Positions 1-8,032 of a DNA stretch of 56,787 nucleotides are shown one piece after another. Position numbers and translations under genes: made by a program. This stretch comes from Pseudomonadota bacterium. Lineage in GTDB: Bacteria > Bdellovibrionota_B > Oligoflexia > Oligoflexales > CAIYRB01. The notes under the pieces are model-generated. The model saw only the letters and a program-made list of their open reading frames with translations, was not told the origin of the DNA and did no database searches. The DNA lies in assembly GCA_031416315.1 (NCBI GenBank), contig JANOTL010000172.1, positions 1-56,787 on the forward strand. The letters are read 5' to 3'. How positions within the stretch are numbered: the first letter of the stretch is position 1; each line of letters opens with the position of its first letter.

Positions 1-64
1 TTTTGGCTCGGGCTGCGTGGTTTTGCTCCTGCTCCTTGTCGGCGGCGGGCTGGTGGTTGGCGCC

Positions 65-877
65 TTAGAGGGGGGCTGCGCCGACGCTCTGGAGGATCCT
101 TTGCGCATCGGCCTGATCGCCGTAGTCGACGCAGAGCGCGAGGATGTCGTCTTTCAGAACGCGGGCGAGCGAGGCTTCGGGTCCCTTCGCTTTCTTCAAG
201 GAAGCCGAAAGGCTGGCGAGCTGCGTGATGGCGCTTTTTTGCTGCGCTCGGTTCTTGCCCTGCGCGCCGAAGGCGTAGTTGATCCACGCCATCTTGTAGC
301 GGGCGTAGGCGTTGTTGAACTTGTTCTTCTGCTTCAAGACTTTCTTGTATTGATCGACGGAGGCGGCGGCGCCTTTCTTGTCGAAGTAGAATTCGGCCAT
401 GCCGAGCTCGGCGTCGCCGGCGTAATCGGAGTCGCCACGGGCGACCTCGTCGAACTTGTTGACGGCCCAATCGTCGCCTTGCAAGGCGAGCGCGAGGCCG
501 AGGTAGTACATGTTCTTCGGGTCTTTTTTCTGCTTGGTTTGCGCCTCGAGCTGCGCGGCGACCTGCTTGACGACGGCCATCGAGCCATTGCGGTTCACGA
601 CCGGCGCGGCGCCTTTGCTGCCGCCTTCGGCGAACTTCACCATCGCGGCTTCGTGGCGCTTCGACTCCATGGCGGAAAGCTGGCAGGCGTAGGCGAGCTT
701 GCCGGCGCCGGAGTCCGATTTCGCCTGGGCCTTGGCCAAGGTCTTCTCGGAGACGGGCTCGCCCGTGCAGCTGATGCGCCAGTAATCCTGGATGGACGGC
801 AAGGCATGCGCCGTGCCGGCGAGGCCGAGGGCCGCGAGCGCGAAGCTCAGAGCGATTTTAGGGCGGAGCGTGGACAT
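65..877 (-). CDS. Secreted TPR-repeat protein
   Basis: Signal peptide from MSTLRPKIALSFALAALGLAGTAHA (ATG 877). TPR-like helices YYLGLALA, AELGMAEFYF, YARYKMAWINY. Confidence 0.75.
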   Translation of the reverse strand: MSTLRPKIALSFALAALGLAGTAHALPSIQDYWRISCTGEPVSEKTLAKAQAKSDSGAGKLAYACQLSAMESKRHEAAMVKFAEGGSKGAAPVVNRNGSMAVVKQVAAQLEAQTKQKKDPKNMYYLGLALALQGDDWAVNKFDEVARGDSDYAGDAELGMAEFYFDKKGAAASVDQYKKVLKQKNKFNNAYARYKMAWINYAFGAQGKNRAQQKSAITQLASLSASLKKAKGPEASLARVLKDDILALCVDYGDQADAQRILQSVGAAPL

Positions 878-948
878 CGCCCTGCGTATCGAAACTCTAC
901 GAAACAAAATGAGAGAAATTGCGGGGGCTTATGCGCAATCCACTGAAT

Positions 949-1821
949 TTATTGCCATAATTTGATCCGCGAGACGAGGCTGTCGTCCCCGATCTCGGCG
1001 CAGAGCGCTTCCAGCTCTGAGCGGCGCGCGCCGCGCCAGGCGAGGTCCTCGAGCGACTCGGCGAGCGGCACGTCCTCGCGGAGCGTCGCGAGCTGGCGGT
1101 AGAGCTTCGCCGCGATGCGCCCGGCGGCCAAAGTCTCCGCAAGCGCCGCCGCGCCGCGCGGCTTCACGGACCAGGCGGCGGGGTCGGGCGGGATGGCGTC
1201 GATCGCGCCGTAGGCGGCAAGCACCGTGGCGGCGGATTTCGCGCCCCAGCGCTCGAGACCCGGGATGCCGTCGGCGGTATCGCCCATCAACGCCAGGAGA
1301 TCGGGGATGGAGGCAGGACCGACGCCGAATTTCGCGTGCACCGCCGGCTCGTCCATGACGAGGTTCTTATAGCGGTCGAAACAGACGATCTTTTGGCCGC
1401 GCACGCATTGCGCCATGTCTTTATCGGGAGAGCAGATCAAGACCTGCTCGACGCCCGGAAGGCCGCCGAATCTCGCGGCCCCGGTGGCGAGCGCGTCATC
1501 CGCCTCGAACTCGATCATGCTCCAGACGACGAGCCCCATGGCGTGCGCGGCGCGCTCGGCCAACGCAAACTGTGCGAAAAGATCCGGGTCGATGCCGTCT
1601 CCCGTCTTGTAGCCGGCGAACATGCGATTGCGGAACGACTCGATCACGGTGTCGAACGCGATCGCCGCGTGCGTGACCTTGCCCGTACGCAGCCAAGCGG
1701 CGAGGCTGCGCAAGAGGCCGCGCGTCGCGCCCACCTCGACGCCCTGCGCGCTGCGCGAGGCCGGGGCGCCGTAGTAGCTGCGGAAGAGCTCGTAGGTTCC
1801 GTCGAGGAGGTGAACTTGCAT
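949..1821 (-). CDS. Stand-alone 5'-3' exonuclease / flap endonuclease (PolA N-terminal family)
   Basis: LLDG, FRN..FAGYK, EADD, SPDKD, and H3TH motif ALMGDTADGIPG. Confidence 0.92.
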   Translation of the reverse strand: MQVHLLDGTYELFRSYYGAPASRSAQGVEVGATRGLLRSLAAWLRTGKVTHAAIAFDTVIESFRNRMFAGYKTGDGIDPDLFAQFALAERAAHAMGLVVWSMIEFEADDALATGAARFGGLPGVEQVLICSPDKDMAQCVRGQKIVCFDRYKNLVMDEPAVHAKFGVGPASIPDLLALMGDTADGIPGLERWGAKSAATVLAAYGAIDAIPPDPAAWSVKPRGAAALAETLAAGRIAAKLYRQLATLREDVPLAESLEDLAWRGARRSELEALCAEIGDDSLVSRIKLWQ

Positions 1822-1838
1822 CGTGCTAGAGTACCAGA
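1822..1838. promoter_or_regulatory. Bidirectional extended -10 promoter (TGcTAGAGT on +, TGgTACTCT on -), probably leaderless transcripts
   Basis: 17-bp divergent intergenic gap with no SD. Each -10-like hexamer ends 6 nt before an ATG. Confidence 0.55.
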
Positions 1839-3488
1839 ATGAAGCCCCTCCTCATCGGCAGTCTCGCGCTCACGTCGGCTTTTGCCGGCACGGCGAGCGG
1901 CGCGGGCAAGGGCGGCGGCTCCGTGAAGATCACCGCCAACGTCTCGCGCGCCAGCGTGGCCGCGGACGGTATCGTGCTCGGCACGGCGGGCCTTGAGGTC
2001 GACGCGGCACCGGGCGTGCACGAATACGTCGTGACTTCGCCGGGATACGTGCCGCGCCTCGTGCGCGTGAAAGTCGACGCGGCAAAGCCGAAAGTCGTGC
2101 GAGCCGTCGAGCTCCTGCCGGCTCCCGACAAGAAAAAGCCGGTCGAGCTCAATTTCGCCGCCGGCCGCGCCGAGCTCGCGGCGGCGACGAAAGACGTCGC
2201 GCAGCTCCCGAGCCTTTGTCAGAGCTACAACTCTGGCGAGGCCAAGCTCCTGCCGGGGCTCCTCGTACCCTGCAAACGTAAGACGGTGCTCGACGACTTC
2301 GCATATTTCGGGCTAGCCGGGCTGAAAACCGTGCCTTCGGACGGCTCGCCGGCGGGGGCGCTCCGGGCGAGCTTGGTTCCCCGGGTGACGCAGGCGGCAA
2401 GCGAGGACTTCTACTGGAGCGCGGAGGAGCTCTACGCCGCGCAGCCGAGCGACGAGACCGCGATCACCTTGCTCGCCTTCAGCGCGTTGCGCCGGAAGGA
2501 TTGCGGGAGGCTCCGGCAGATCGAGCTAGAGCTGCACGGCGCGGCCTACGTCTCGCCGGGATTGGCGACGCTCCTGTCCTTGTGCTTCGAGCTCGGCGAT
2601 TTGCCGGCCGAGGGCGTCGCGCGCTTGAAGACGCAGCTCGGGCGGCCGGCGACGCCGGCAAACGTCGCCTACTACACGGCGCGGTTAGCGTGGCGAACCG
2701 ACGCGGCGGCAGCCGAGCAAGCGCTTCAAGGTTGCATGAAAGCGATGCCGCAGTTTTATCCTTGTTTCGAGGCGTATGCACACGCCTTGGCGTTGAGCGG
2801 GAAGCTGGCGCAGGCGACGGTCGCCATGAAAAGCTACTTGGCCGAAGGCGCGCGTATCGCCGCCGAGGCGACGAGCGTGCATCCGCGGTCCCTCGACGTG
2901 AACTCGATCGGGGCGGCATACGGCCTTCGGCCTTGGATCTTCGAGCTCGCCGCCGCCTGGCTCGCGACGGGCGGCGGCGGCACGATCGACGGAACTCTCG
3001 TCGCAAGCCCAGAGTCGGTCCGCAAGCTCTTGCCGCATCTCGAGGCGAAAAAGCAGTATGCGTCCCTCGACGTCGCCTATCAGGTGCTGCTCAACCTGAA
3101 GCCGAAAGACGCGTCGCTGTGGATGAAGCTGGCGGCGGCGCGCCGGAACCTCGGCAGCTGCGACGCGGCCATCGAGCCGGCCGAGCGCGCGATGGAGCTG
3201 CTCGCCGATAAAGCGGCCCGTGCCGCGCTCACCGTTTCGACGGCGACCTGTCTGATCAAGATCGGCAAGCTCGACGAGGCAGAGACGCAGCTCACGGCGA
3301 CGGTACGCGATTTCCCGACCAACTGGTCGGCGCTCTACCACCTGGGACTGACGAAAGAACGCCTCGGCAAGAAGGCCGAGGCGATCACGCGGCTGGAGGC
3401 GGCGTTGGCGGCTGGGGCGCCTGAGGCTACGGCGGCGAAGATCAAGGACATGATCGGCTTTCTGAAGAAAAAGCCCGCGAAGAAGTAG
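1839..3488 (+). CDS. Secreted PEGA-like + TPR-repeat protein
   Basis: Signal peptide. PEGA-like PGVHEYVVTSPGYVP. C-terminal TPRs (ALYHLGLTKERLGKKAEAI). Confidence 0.8.
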   Translation: MKPLLIGSLALTSAFAGTASGAGKGGGSVKITANVSRASVAADGIVLGTAGLEVDAAPGVHEYVVTSPGYVPRLVRVKVDAAKPKVVRAVELLPAPDKKKPVELNFAAGRAELAAATKDVAQLPSLCQSYNSGEAKLLPGLLVPCKRKTVLDDFAYFGLAGLKTVPSDGSPAGALRASLVPRVTQAASEDFYWSAEELYAAQPSDETAITLLAFSALRRKDCGRLRQIELELHGAAYVSPGLATLLSLCFELGDLPAEGVARLKTQLGRPATPANVAYYTARLAWRTDAAAAEQALQGCMKAMPQFYPCFEAYAHALALSGKLAQATVAMKSYLAEGARIAAEATSVHPRSLDVNSIGAAYGLRPWIFELAAAWLATGGGGTIDGTLVASPESVRKLLPHLEAKKQYASLDVAYQVLLNLKPKDASLWMKLAAARRNLGSCDAAIEPAERAMELLADKAARAALTVSTATCLIKIGKLDEAETQLTATVRDFPTNWSALYHLGLTKERLGKKAEAITRLEAALAAGAPEATAAKIKDMIGFLKKKPAKK

Positions 3489-3552
3489 CAAACTGCTCTA
3501 CATACCTGCGCCTGCAGTCAGAGACAAAAGTCCGCCCCTTCGGCGGATCTTC

Positions 3553-3969
3553 GTGCAGATCGTGAAGGCGCCCGCTACCGACGAGATCGCGTCGATGCGG
3601 GTGCGCTTTTATACCTACAAGCTCGACGAGGCGAACCCGGCCGCGAGCGCCTTTGAAGAAGCGCTGCTCGAGCTCGTAAAGCAGTTCGTCCCTGAGGTCG
3701 ACGGGTCCTTGAACAACTACACCGGCAACGGGCGGCCGCAGGTGAGCGCGATGCGGAACGTGAGGTTGGCAAACCTGGCTGCGGGAGCGACGTACGTTGA
3801 GCTCGCGGACGAAGCGAAGCGGAAGTTCTCGTATGCGGCGTCCGGAACGATCTTACCGGCCGACATGGAGCGGATCTGGTCGATCGGGATCGCGTACAAG
3901 ATGTTCGGCAATCGGTATGAGCTGCGGATTCGGTGTGCGGCGAGCGGCAGCGATGTGGTCTGCGAGTGA
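3553..3969 (+). CDS. Hypothetical protein (start uncertain)
   Basis: 138-aa ORF with genome-typical codon usage. No clear SD. Confidence 0.55.
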   Translation: MQIVKAPATDEIASMRVRFYTYKLDEANPAASAFEEALLELVKQFVPEVDGSLNNYTGNGRPQVSAMRNVRLANLAAGATYVELADEAKRKFSYAASGTILPADMERIWSIGIAYKMFGNRYELRIRCAASGSDVVCE

Positions 3970-4440
3970 CCGTCGCTCACCCCGCCTTCTTCGTCTGACC
4001 CCGACACAGGCGCAGTGGATCGTATAGGCGCCGGCCGCATCGTCGTGGAGAAACAGACCGCCATCGTAACCGTAGCCGACAGGGGTGTAGGTATCGAGCG
4101 CGATGATGTCGAGAGGCTGCCCGACGTGGCCATCGACGTGGATCGACAAGCGCGCAAAGTTGGCGCTCTCGCCGCAATCTTGGAGGCTCAGCTTGCCGGC
4201 GAACGGGCCATCGCCCGCCAGCACGATCTCTTTCTCGGGGACGGCGCAGTCGGTCGCGATGACGAGGCGCGTCGGCACGATGCTTTCCGCGTCGGTCAGG
4301 GAGAGCGAAGTGGTGCGACTGACGGCAATGCTGAAGTCACGCGAGATCTTCGCCGATTCCACCGCCGGAGCTTCGCGATGAGCGCCGCAGCCAGCGGCGA
4401 CCAAACATGCGACCGCGATCGAGACGAGTTGCTTTTGCAT
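3853..4440 (-). CDS. Putative lipoprotein
   Basis: SD AGGAG, lipobox VAAGC, upstream sigma54-like promoter. The C-terminal tail overlaps the convergent ORF by 117 bp. Confidence 0.7.
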   Translation of the reverse strand: MQKQLVSIAVACLVAAGCGAHREAPAVESAKISRDFSIAVSRTTSLSLTDAESIVPTRLVIATDCAVPEKEIVLAGDGPFAGKLSLQDCGESANFARLSIHVDGHVGQPLDIIALDTYTPVGYGYDGGLFLHDDAAGAYTIHCACVGVRRRRRGERRSLADHIAAARRTPNPQLIPIAEHLVRDPDRPDPLHVGR

Positions 4441-4478
4441 TTGTGCTCCTTGCTAGGCGGCGATCTGCCAAGCCTTAA

Positions 4479-4494
4479 AGCAAAACACGTACCG
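4479..4494 (-). promoter_or_regulatory. Sigma54 -24/-12 promoter
   Basis: cGGtacgtgttttGCt has exact GG-N10-GC spacing, about 40 bp upstream of the 4440 ATG. Confidence 0.65.
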
Positions 4495-4560
4495 CCGCCG
4501 AGAAGCGCGCAAATCCCCGCGCCCGCAGGCCTTTCGGATCAACGCGCCCGTCCCGACCTT

Positions 4561-4604
4561 CGCGACAAAAGTCGCAGTGCGACGGGGCGGCGCGACAAAA
4601 GTCT
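4561..4604. promoter_or_regulatory. Tandem activator-like sites CGCGACAAAAGTC x2
   Basis: 13-bp direct repeat at 4561 and 4591 with a GAC-N4-GTC palindromic core, 70-110 bp upstream of the sigma54 promoter. Confidence 0.5.
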
Positions 4605-4644
4605 CTGGCGCCACGACCTTCGATCGTCTCGAGGGCCACGCATA

Positions 4645-4669
4645 GAGGGGCAAGCTCGGCTTGCCCCTC
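4645..4669 (-). terminator. Hairpin downstream of csp gene
   Basis: GAGGGGCAAGC-tcg-GCTTGCCCCTC perfect 11-bp stem. Confidence 0.55.
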
Positions 4670-4701
4670 CTGGGAAAAAACTCTGTGGGCCGGGAGCGCG
4701 A

Positions 4702-5151
4702 TCAGGCCGCGCGACAAGCCTTCTCGCACTCTTTGCAAGCGTCCTGGCAGGCTTTGCATTCTGCCATTTTCAAGTGGGGCTCGCAGGCTTTGGCGCAGTC
4801 GGCGCAGATGTCGGCGCAGACGGCAGCGAAAGCTTTGAGACGGGGGGAGCCGGTCGCGGCGAGCTTGCGGAGAGCCTCGCAGGCGGCTAGCGTTTCGCGG
4901 ACGGAGGCGAGGCAGGCGGCCATTTCCTTTTGGCCCGCGCCCAGCATCTCGACACAGTGGGCGGCGCAGAGCTCGCCGACGGTCAGGCACTTGGAGGCGG
5001 CGTCGGCGAGCTTGGAGTTACCCGCGGTCGCGCCGAGGGCCACTGAGCTGCCGAGTGAGGCACCGAGGCCAGAGAGAGCGAGGCCGCCGGTGCCGATGGC
5101 GGCGAGGCGGGCGAGGGTGCGACGATTCATGCCGGATTCTTGAGTGCTCAT
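4702..5151 (-). CDS. csp1: Tat-exported four-helix-bundle copper storage protein (Csp1-like)
   Basis: Twin-arginine leader MNRRTL. Cys-rich CxxxC/CxxC array (CADICADCAKAC, CKACQDACKECEKAC). Confidence 0.85.
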   Translation of the reverse strand: MSTQESGMNRRTLARLAAIGTGGLALSGLGASLGSSVALGATAGNSKLADAASKCLTVGELCAAHCVEMLGAGQKEMAACLASVRETLAACEALRKLAATGSPRLKAFAAVCADICADCAKACEPHLKMAECKACQDACKECEKACRAA

Positions 5152-5169
5152 CGGGAACTCCTTGGGACG

Positions 5170-5598
5170 TTATGCAAAACGACGCACGACCAAAACAGGG
5201 ACGGTCGCGAGCCAGACACCGGCAGTGACACCGAGCATGCCGCCGATTCCCATATGGGAGCAGCCTAGGCTGCCGGCAACGGAGCCGACCAAGCTCGCGG
5301 CGACGACGTATTGCGTCGGCGATTGGGCCTCGATCTTCGCGGCAACCCGCGCCACGAGGAGACCCGCCATCAGGCCGCTGGCGACGCAGAGACCCTTCTG
5401 CACGATCTCCGCGCCCATCTCCAGATTACAGCAGAGACCGACGACGTGCATCGCTACTGGCAGAAAAGCCGAAGCCGCGCCGTAAGCGAGCCCGATGCGC
5501 GCGCCACGCCCGAGGTCCTGGCCGCGCCACTGAAAATATACGAGCAGGGCCACGAGCGCCGCGCTCGAGCCGAAGGTGAAGTCCGGCGGGTGCTCCAC
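5170..5598 (-). CDS. Cys/His/Met-containing membrane protein, possibly 5'-truncated
   Basis: Four to five hydrophobic helices with CC, C and GCSHM. Co-oriented directly upstream of csp. GTG start without SD. Confidence 0.6.
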   Translation of the reverse strand: MEHPPDFTFGSSAALVALLVYFQWRGQDLGRGARIGLAYGAASAFLPVAMHVVGLCCNLEMGAEIVQKGLCVASGLMAGLLVARVAAKIEAQSPTQYVVAASLVGSVAGSLGCSHMGIGGMLGVTAGVWLATVPVLVVRRFA

Positions 5599-5623
5599 GC
5601 AGTTTGTTGAGTCGCCCAGGTTG

Positions 5624-6028
5624 TTAGCGGCGATCGTTGGAGATCAAGTCGGCGTCGATCAGCTTCTGCTCTTCCTCGTTCCAGGAGAGCGTCAGAAAGG
5701 ACCGCGACTTCCGGTCGGAGAACTCCATCTCGATGACGTGGTCACCGAGGCGCGCGACGGAGTCCGGGTGCAGCTTCATGCGCACGGTGCGTGTGCCGAT
5801 CTTCCCGAGAAGGACCGAAGGCGACTCCTCGAAGCCGAAGGCGTAGGGCTCGTCCCCGACCTCGCCCTTGATGCAGGGGTGCGTCGCCGCGCAGGCTTGC
5901 CATTCAACGAGCATCCCGTCAGTCTCGGCGACGTCGAGGTTGGTGGCGAAGGACGGCGCAATCCGATCTTTGGTGGCGCAGGCCGGCGCGAGCGCGACGG
6001 CGAACAGTGCGAAATGCAGTTTGGTCAT
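5624..6028 (-). CDS. Putative lipoprotein
   Basis: MTKLHFALFAVALAPAC lipobox, ATG at 6028. Confidence 0.7.
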   Translation of the reverse strand: MTKLHFALFAVALAPACATKDRIAPSFATNLDVAETDGMLVEWQACAATHPCIKGEVGDEPYAFGFEESPSVLLGKIGTRTVRMKLHPDSVARLGDHVIEMEFSDRKSRSFLTLSWNEEEQKLIDADLISNDRR

Positions 6029-6118
6029 CGATTCGTCCCCCAGGCGGCCCACGTTCATTATCGGGCCTCATGGGGTCGACGGGCGAGCCCCGGGCGACGG
6101 GGCACGCGATTTTTTCGC

Positions 6119-6274
6119 CTAGCGCTCTTCGAACCCCAGGCCGACGAGGAACTGCTTCACGCACTGGGTGTCGCCGAAAGCGTCATGGATCCAGAGCGCG
6201 CGCTGACAGCCGCCCTTGAGATGACAGCAAGAATGGGTCAAAATCGACGCGCTTACGCCAGCCTGATGCTGCAT
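6119..6274 (-). CDS. Small 51-aa Cys-containing ORF or gene remnant
   Basis: Hand translation: MQHQAGVSASILTHSCCHLKGGCQRALWIHDAFGDTQCVKQFLVGLGFEER. The 3' half has coding-like codon usage. Confidence 0.3.
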   Translation of the reverse strand: MQHQAGVSASILTHSCCHLKGGCQRALWIHDAFGDTQCVKQFLVGLGFEER

Positions 6275-6336
6275 GTCCCATGCGCCCCTAGTCATCCGTG
6301 TAGGAGTTTGGGAGCTGAGGCGAGAGGAGCCCCCGT

Positions 6337-7014
6337 TTGAGCGTCGTCAGCGTCAAAGATCACGAAAGCGGAGTCTCGAGCGAAGAGCTGGGGCGCCTCG
6401 GCGGCTTGGGGCTCGACGCCGAGGCGGCGCGGGAGGCCGCCGCGGCCGGCGAGAAGGAGCGGATCACTACGATGCATCTACCGCCCCTGGCCCTTTCGCC
6501 CGAAGGCGAGGCACCGCAGTCGGAGCCGGCTCGGCGTCCGCGGCTGCGCAACGCCGGGCTCACGATCGCGACGATGGTGGCGGTGTTCTTCGTGGTGCAG
6601 CGGGGGAAAAATCCCGCAGACGTCTTGACGCCGAAAGGCGGCGCGACCGTCTCCGTGTGGTGGGAGCGCGGGGGGCAGGTCCTGCCGGTCAAGCCGGGGA
6701 CCGTGCTCGCGAACGGGGACCGCGTGCGCGCGGAGGTGAAGGCCGCCACGGCCGGCACGGCCTACTGGCTCGTGACGGACGGAAGCGGCAAGAGCTTGGT
6801 CTCGGCGGAGTTCGTGCAGCGGAGCGCGATCACGCTGGCGGCGGACGAAAAGAAGGCGTTCGAGAGGAGCGTGAAGCTTGAGGGCGAGGCGGCGGGCGAG
6901 ACGTTGATCGTGGTCGTCTGCGAAGGAGCGGCGCTCGAACCGAGAGACGTTGAAGGGCTCGCAGGCAGCGCCCTGCCTGCGAGCTGCTCAGCGGAGAGAT
7001 TCCGACTCCGCTGA
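6337..7014 (+). CDS. Single-pass anti-sigma-like protein with DUF4384-type beta domain
   Basis: SD GAGGAG + TTG. One TM (LTIATMVAVFFVV), then 'TPKGG', 'LANGDRVR', 'ETLIVVVC'. Confidence 0.65.
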   Translation: MSVVSVKDHESGVSSEELGRLGGLGLDAEAAREAAAAGEKERITTMHLPPLALSPEGEAPQSEPARRPRLRNAGLTIATMVAVFFVVQRGKNPADVLTPKGGATVSVWWERGGQVLPVKPGTVLANGDRVRAEVKAATAGTAYWLVTDGSGKSLVSAEFVQRSAITLAADEKKAFERSVKLEGEAAGETLIVVVCEGAALEPRDVEGLAGSALPASCSAERFRLR

Positions 7015-7026
7015 GCTCTGAACCGA

Positions 7027-7932
7027 TTAGACCTGCTGGATTCCCGACAAACGCCACGCGTCCGTGCCGCGCTTCGCGAAGATCCAGTCTTCCTCGAATT
7101 TCACCGGGAGGTTATCGCTGCCCTCGACCAAGGACTGCGTGCGCTCGTCGACGGTGTAGTCGAGGAGACTCGCGGTGACGCGAACGGAGGAGAAATCGGT
7201 GCCGTCTTCGCTCCAGCTGCGCTGGACGTCGACGCTACGGACGGCGATGTTCTCCAGACGGTTGATCCGGCCCTCGGCGCGTAGAGCCGCGAGATCCGCC
7301 TCGAACGTCGCCTCGACTTCGTCGTCCAAGAGATCACGGACCGGCGTTAGGTCGCGACGCGTCCAAGCGCCTTGGACCTTGAAGAAGAGGTCGCTCGCCT
7401 CCTCCGAGCTGATGCCCTCCGGCGCGAGCGCGCGGAACGAGGCGTTCGTGCCGTACGTGCCGGGCTCAACGCCTTGGCGCTGCCATCCCGTCGTCTGCGC
7501 GGGCGAAGCGGCGGCGAGCTGCCGGTTCTTCCACCAGCGGAAGCCGAAGTAAGCGAGGCCGGCAAAGAGCAGGATCTCGAGGAAGCCGATGCCCCCACCG
7601 CCGCCGCCCGCGCCGCCCATGCCGGACGCGTGGCCCATGGAGGAGAAGAGCATGCTGCCCAAGAAGCCGCCGGCGATGCCGCCCGCGAGGCCGCGCATGA
7701 GGCCGCCGCCGGGGGGACGCGCGTTCATGGCCGCGGCGCCGCCGAGCGGCGACTGGGGCTGGTTCATGTTCGGCTGCTGCTGCGGCGGCGCTTGGCGACG
7801 GCCGACGGAGCGGCTGCGGCCGGCGCGCGCTTCAGCCTGAGGCGGGAAGGCGAGCTGACTGACGGTGCCGAGGGCGAGGACGACGAGCAGGGCTCGGGTC
7901 AGAGAATGCAGGGAGCGATGGAAAATTTTCAT
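7027..7932 (-). CDS. Tim44-like domain protein
   Basis: Signal AEARAG, Gly-rich GGLAGGFLG segment, TM, C-terminal FFKVQGAW...FEEDWIF...WRLSGIQQ. Confidence 0.9.
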   Translation of the reverse strand: MKIFHRSLHSLTRALLVVLALGTVSQLAFPPQAEARAGRSRSVGRRQAPPQQQPNMNQPQSPLGGAAAMNARPPGGGLMRGLAGGIAGGFLGSMLFSSMGHASGMGGAGGGGGGIGFLEILLFAGLAYFGFRWWKNRQLAAASPAQTTGWQRQGVEPGTYGTNASFRALAPEGISSEEASDLFFKVQGAWTRRDLTPVRDLLDDEVEATFEADLAALRAEGRINRLENIAVRSVDVQRSWSEDGTDFSSVRVTASLLDYTVDERTQSLVEGSDNLPVKFEEDWIFAKRGTDAWRLSGIQQV

Positions 7933-7996
7933 AGAGGGTCTCCGGTTTATGCTCTCGTAGCATGCGCCCGAAGCCTTTATCTAGAAAGTGGATAAT

Positions 7997-8011
7997 ATCA
8001 ATGAATTTGAT
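7997..8011. promoter_or_regulatory. LysR-type inverted repeat ATCAA-N5-TTGAT
   Basis: AT-rich T-N11-A palindrome about 65 bp upstream of the Tim44 gene. Confidence 0.4.
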
Positions 8012-8032
8012 CCATAATCTGGAATCGAGAGC

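Noticed and set aside
17..946. 309-aa plus ORF, and similar long antisense ORFs (8450-9532, 32098-33837, 39712-41445, 52092-53321)
   Set aside because: Stop-poor shadows expected opposite real genes in high-GC DNA.
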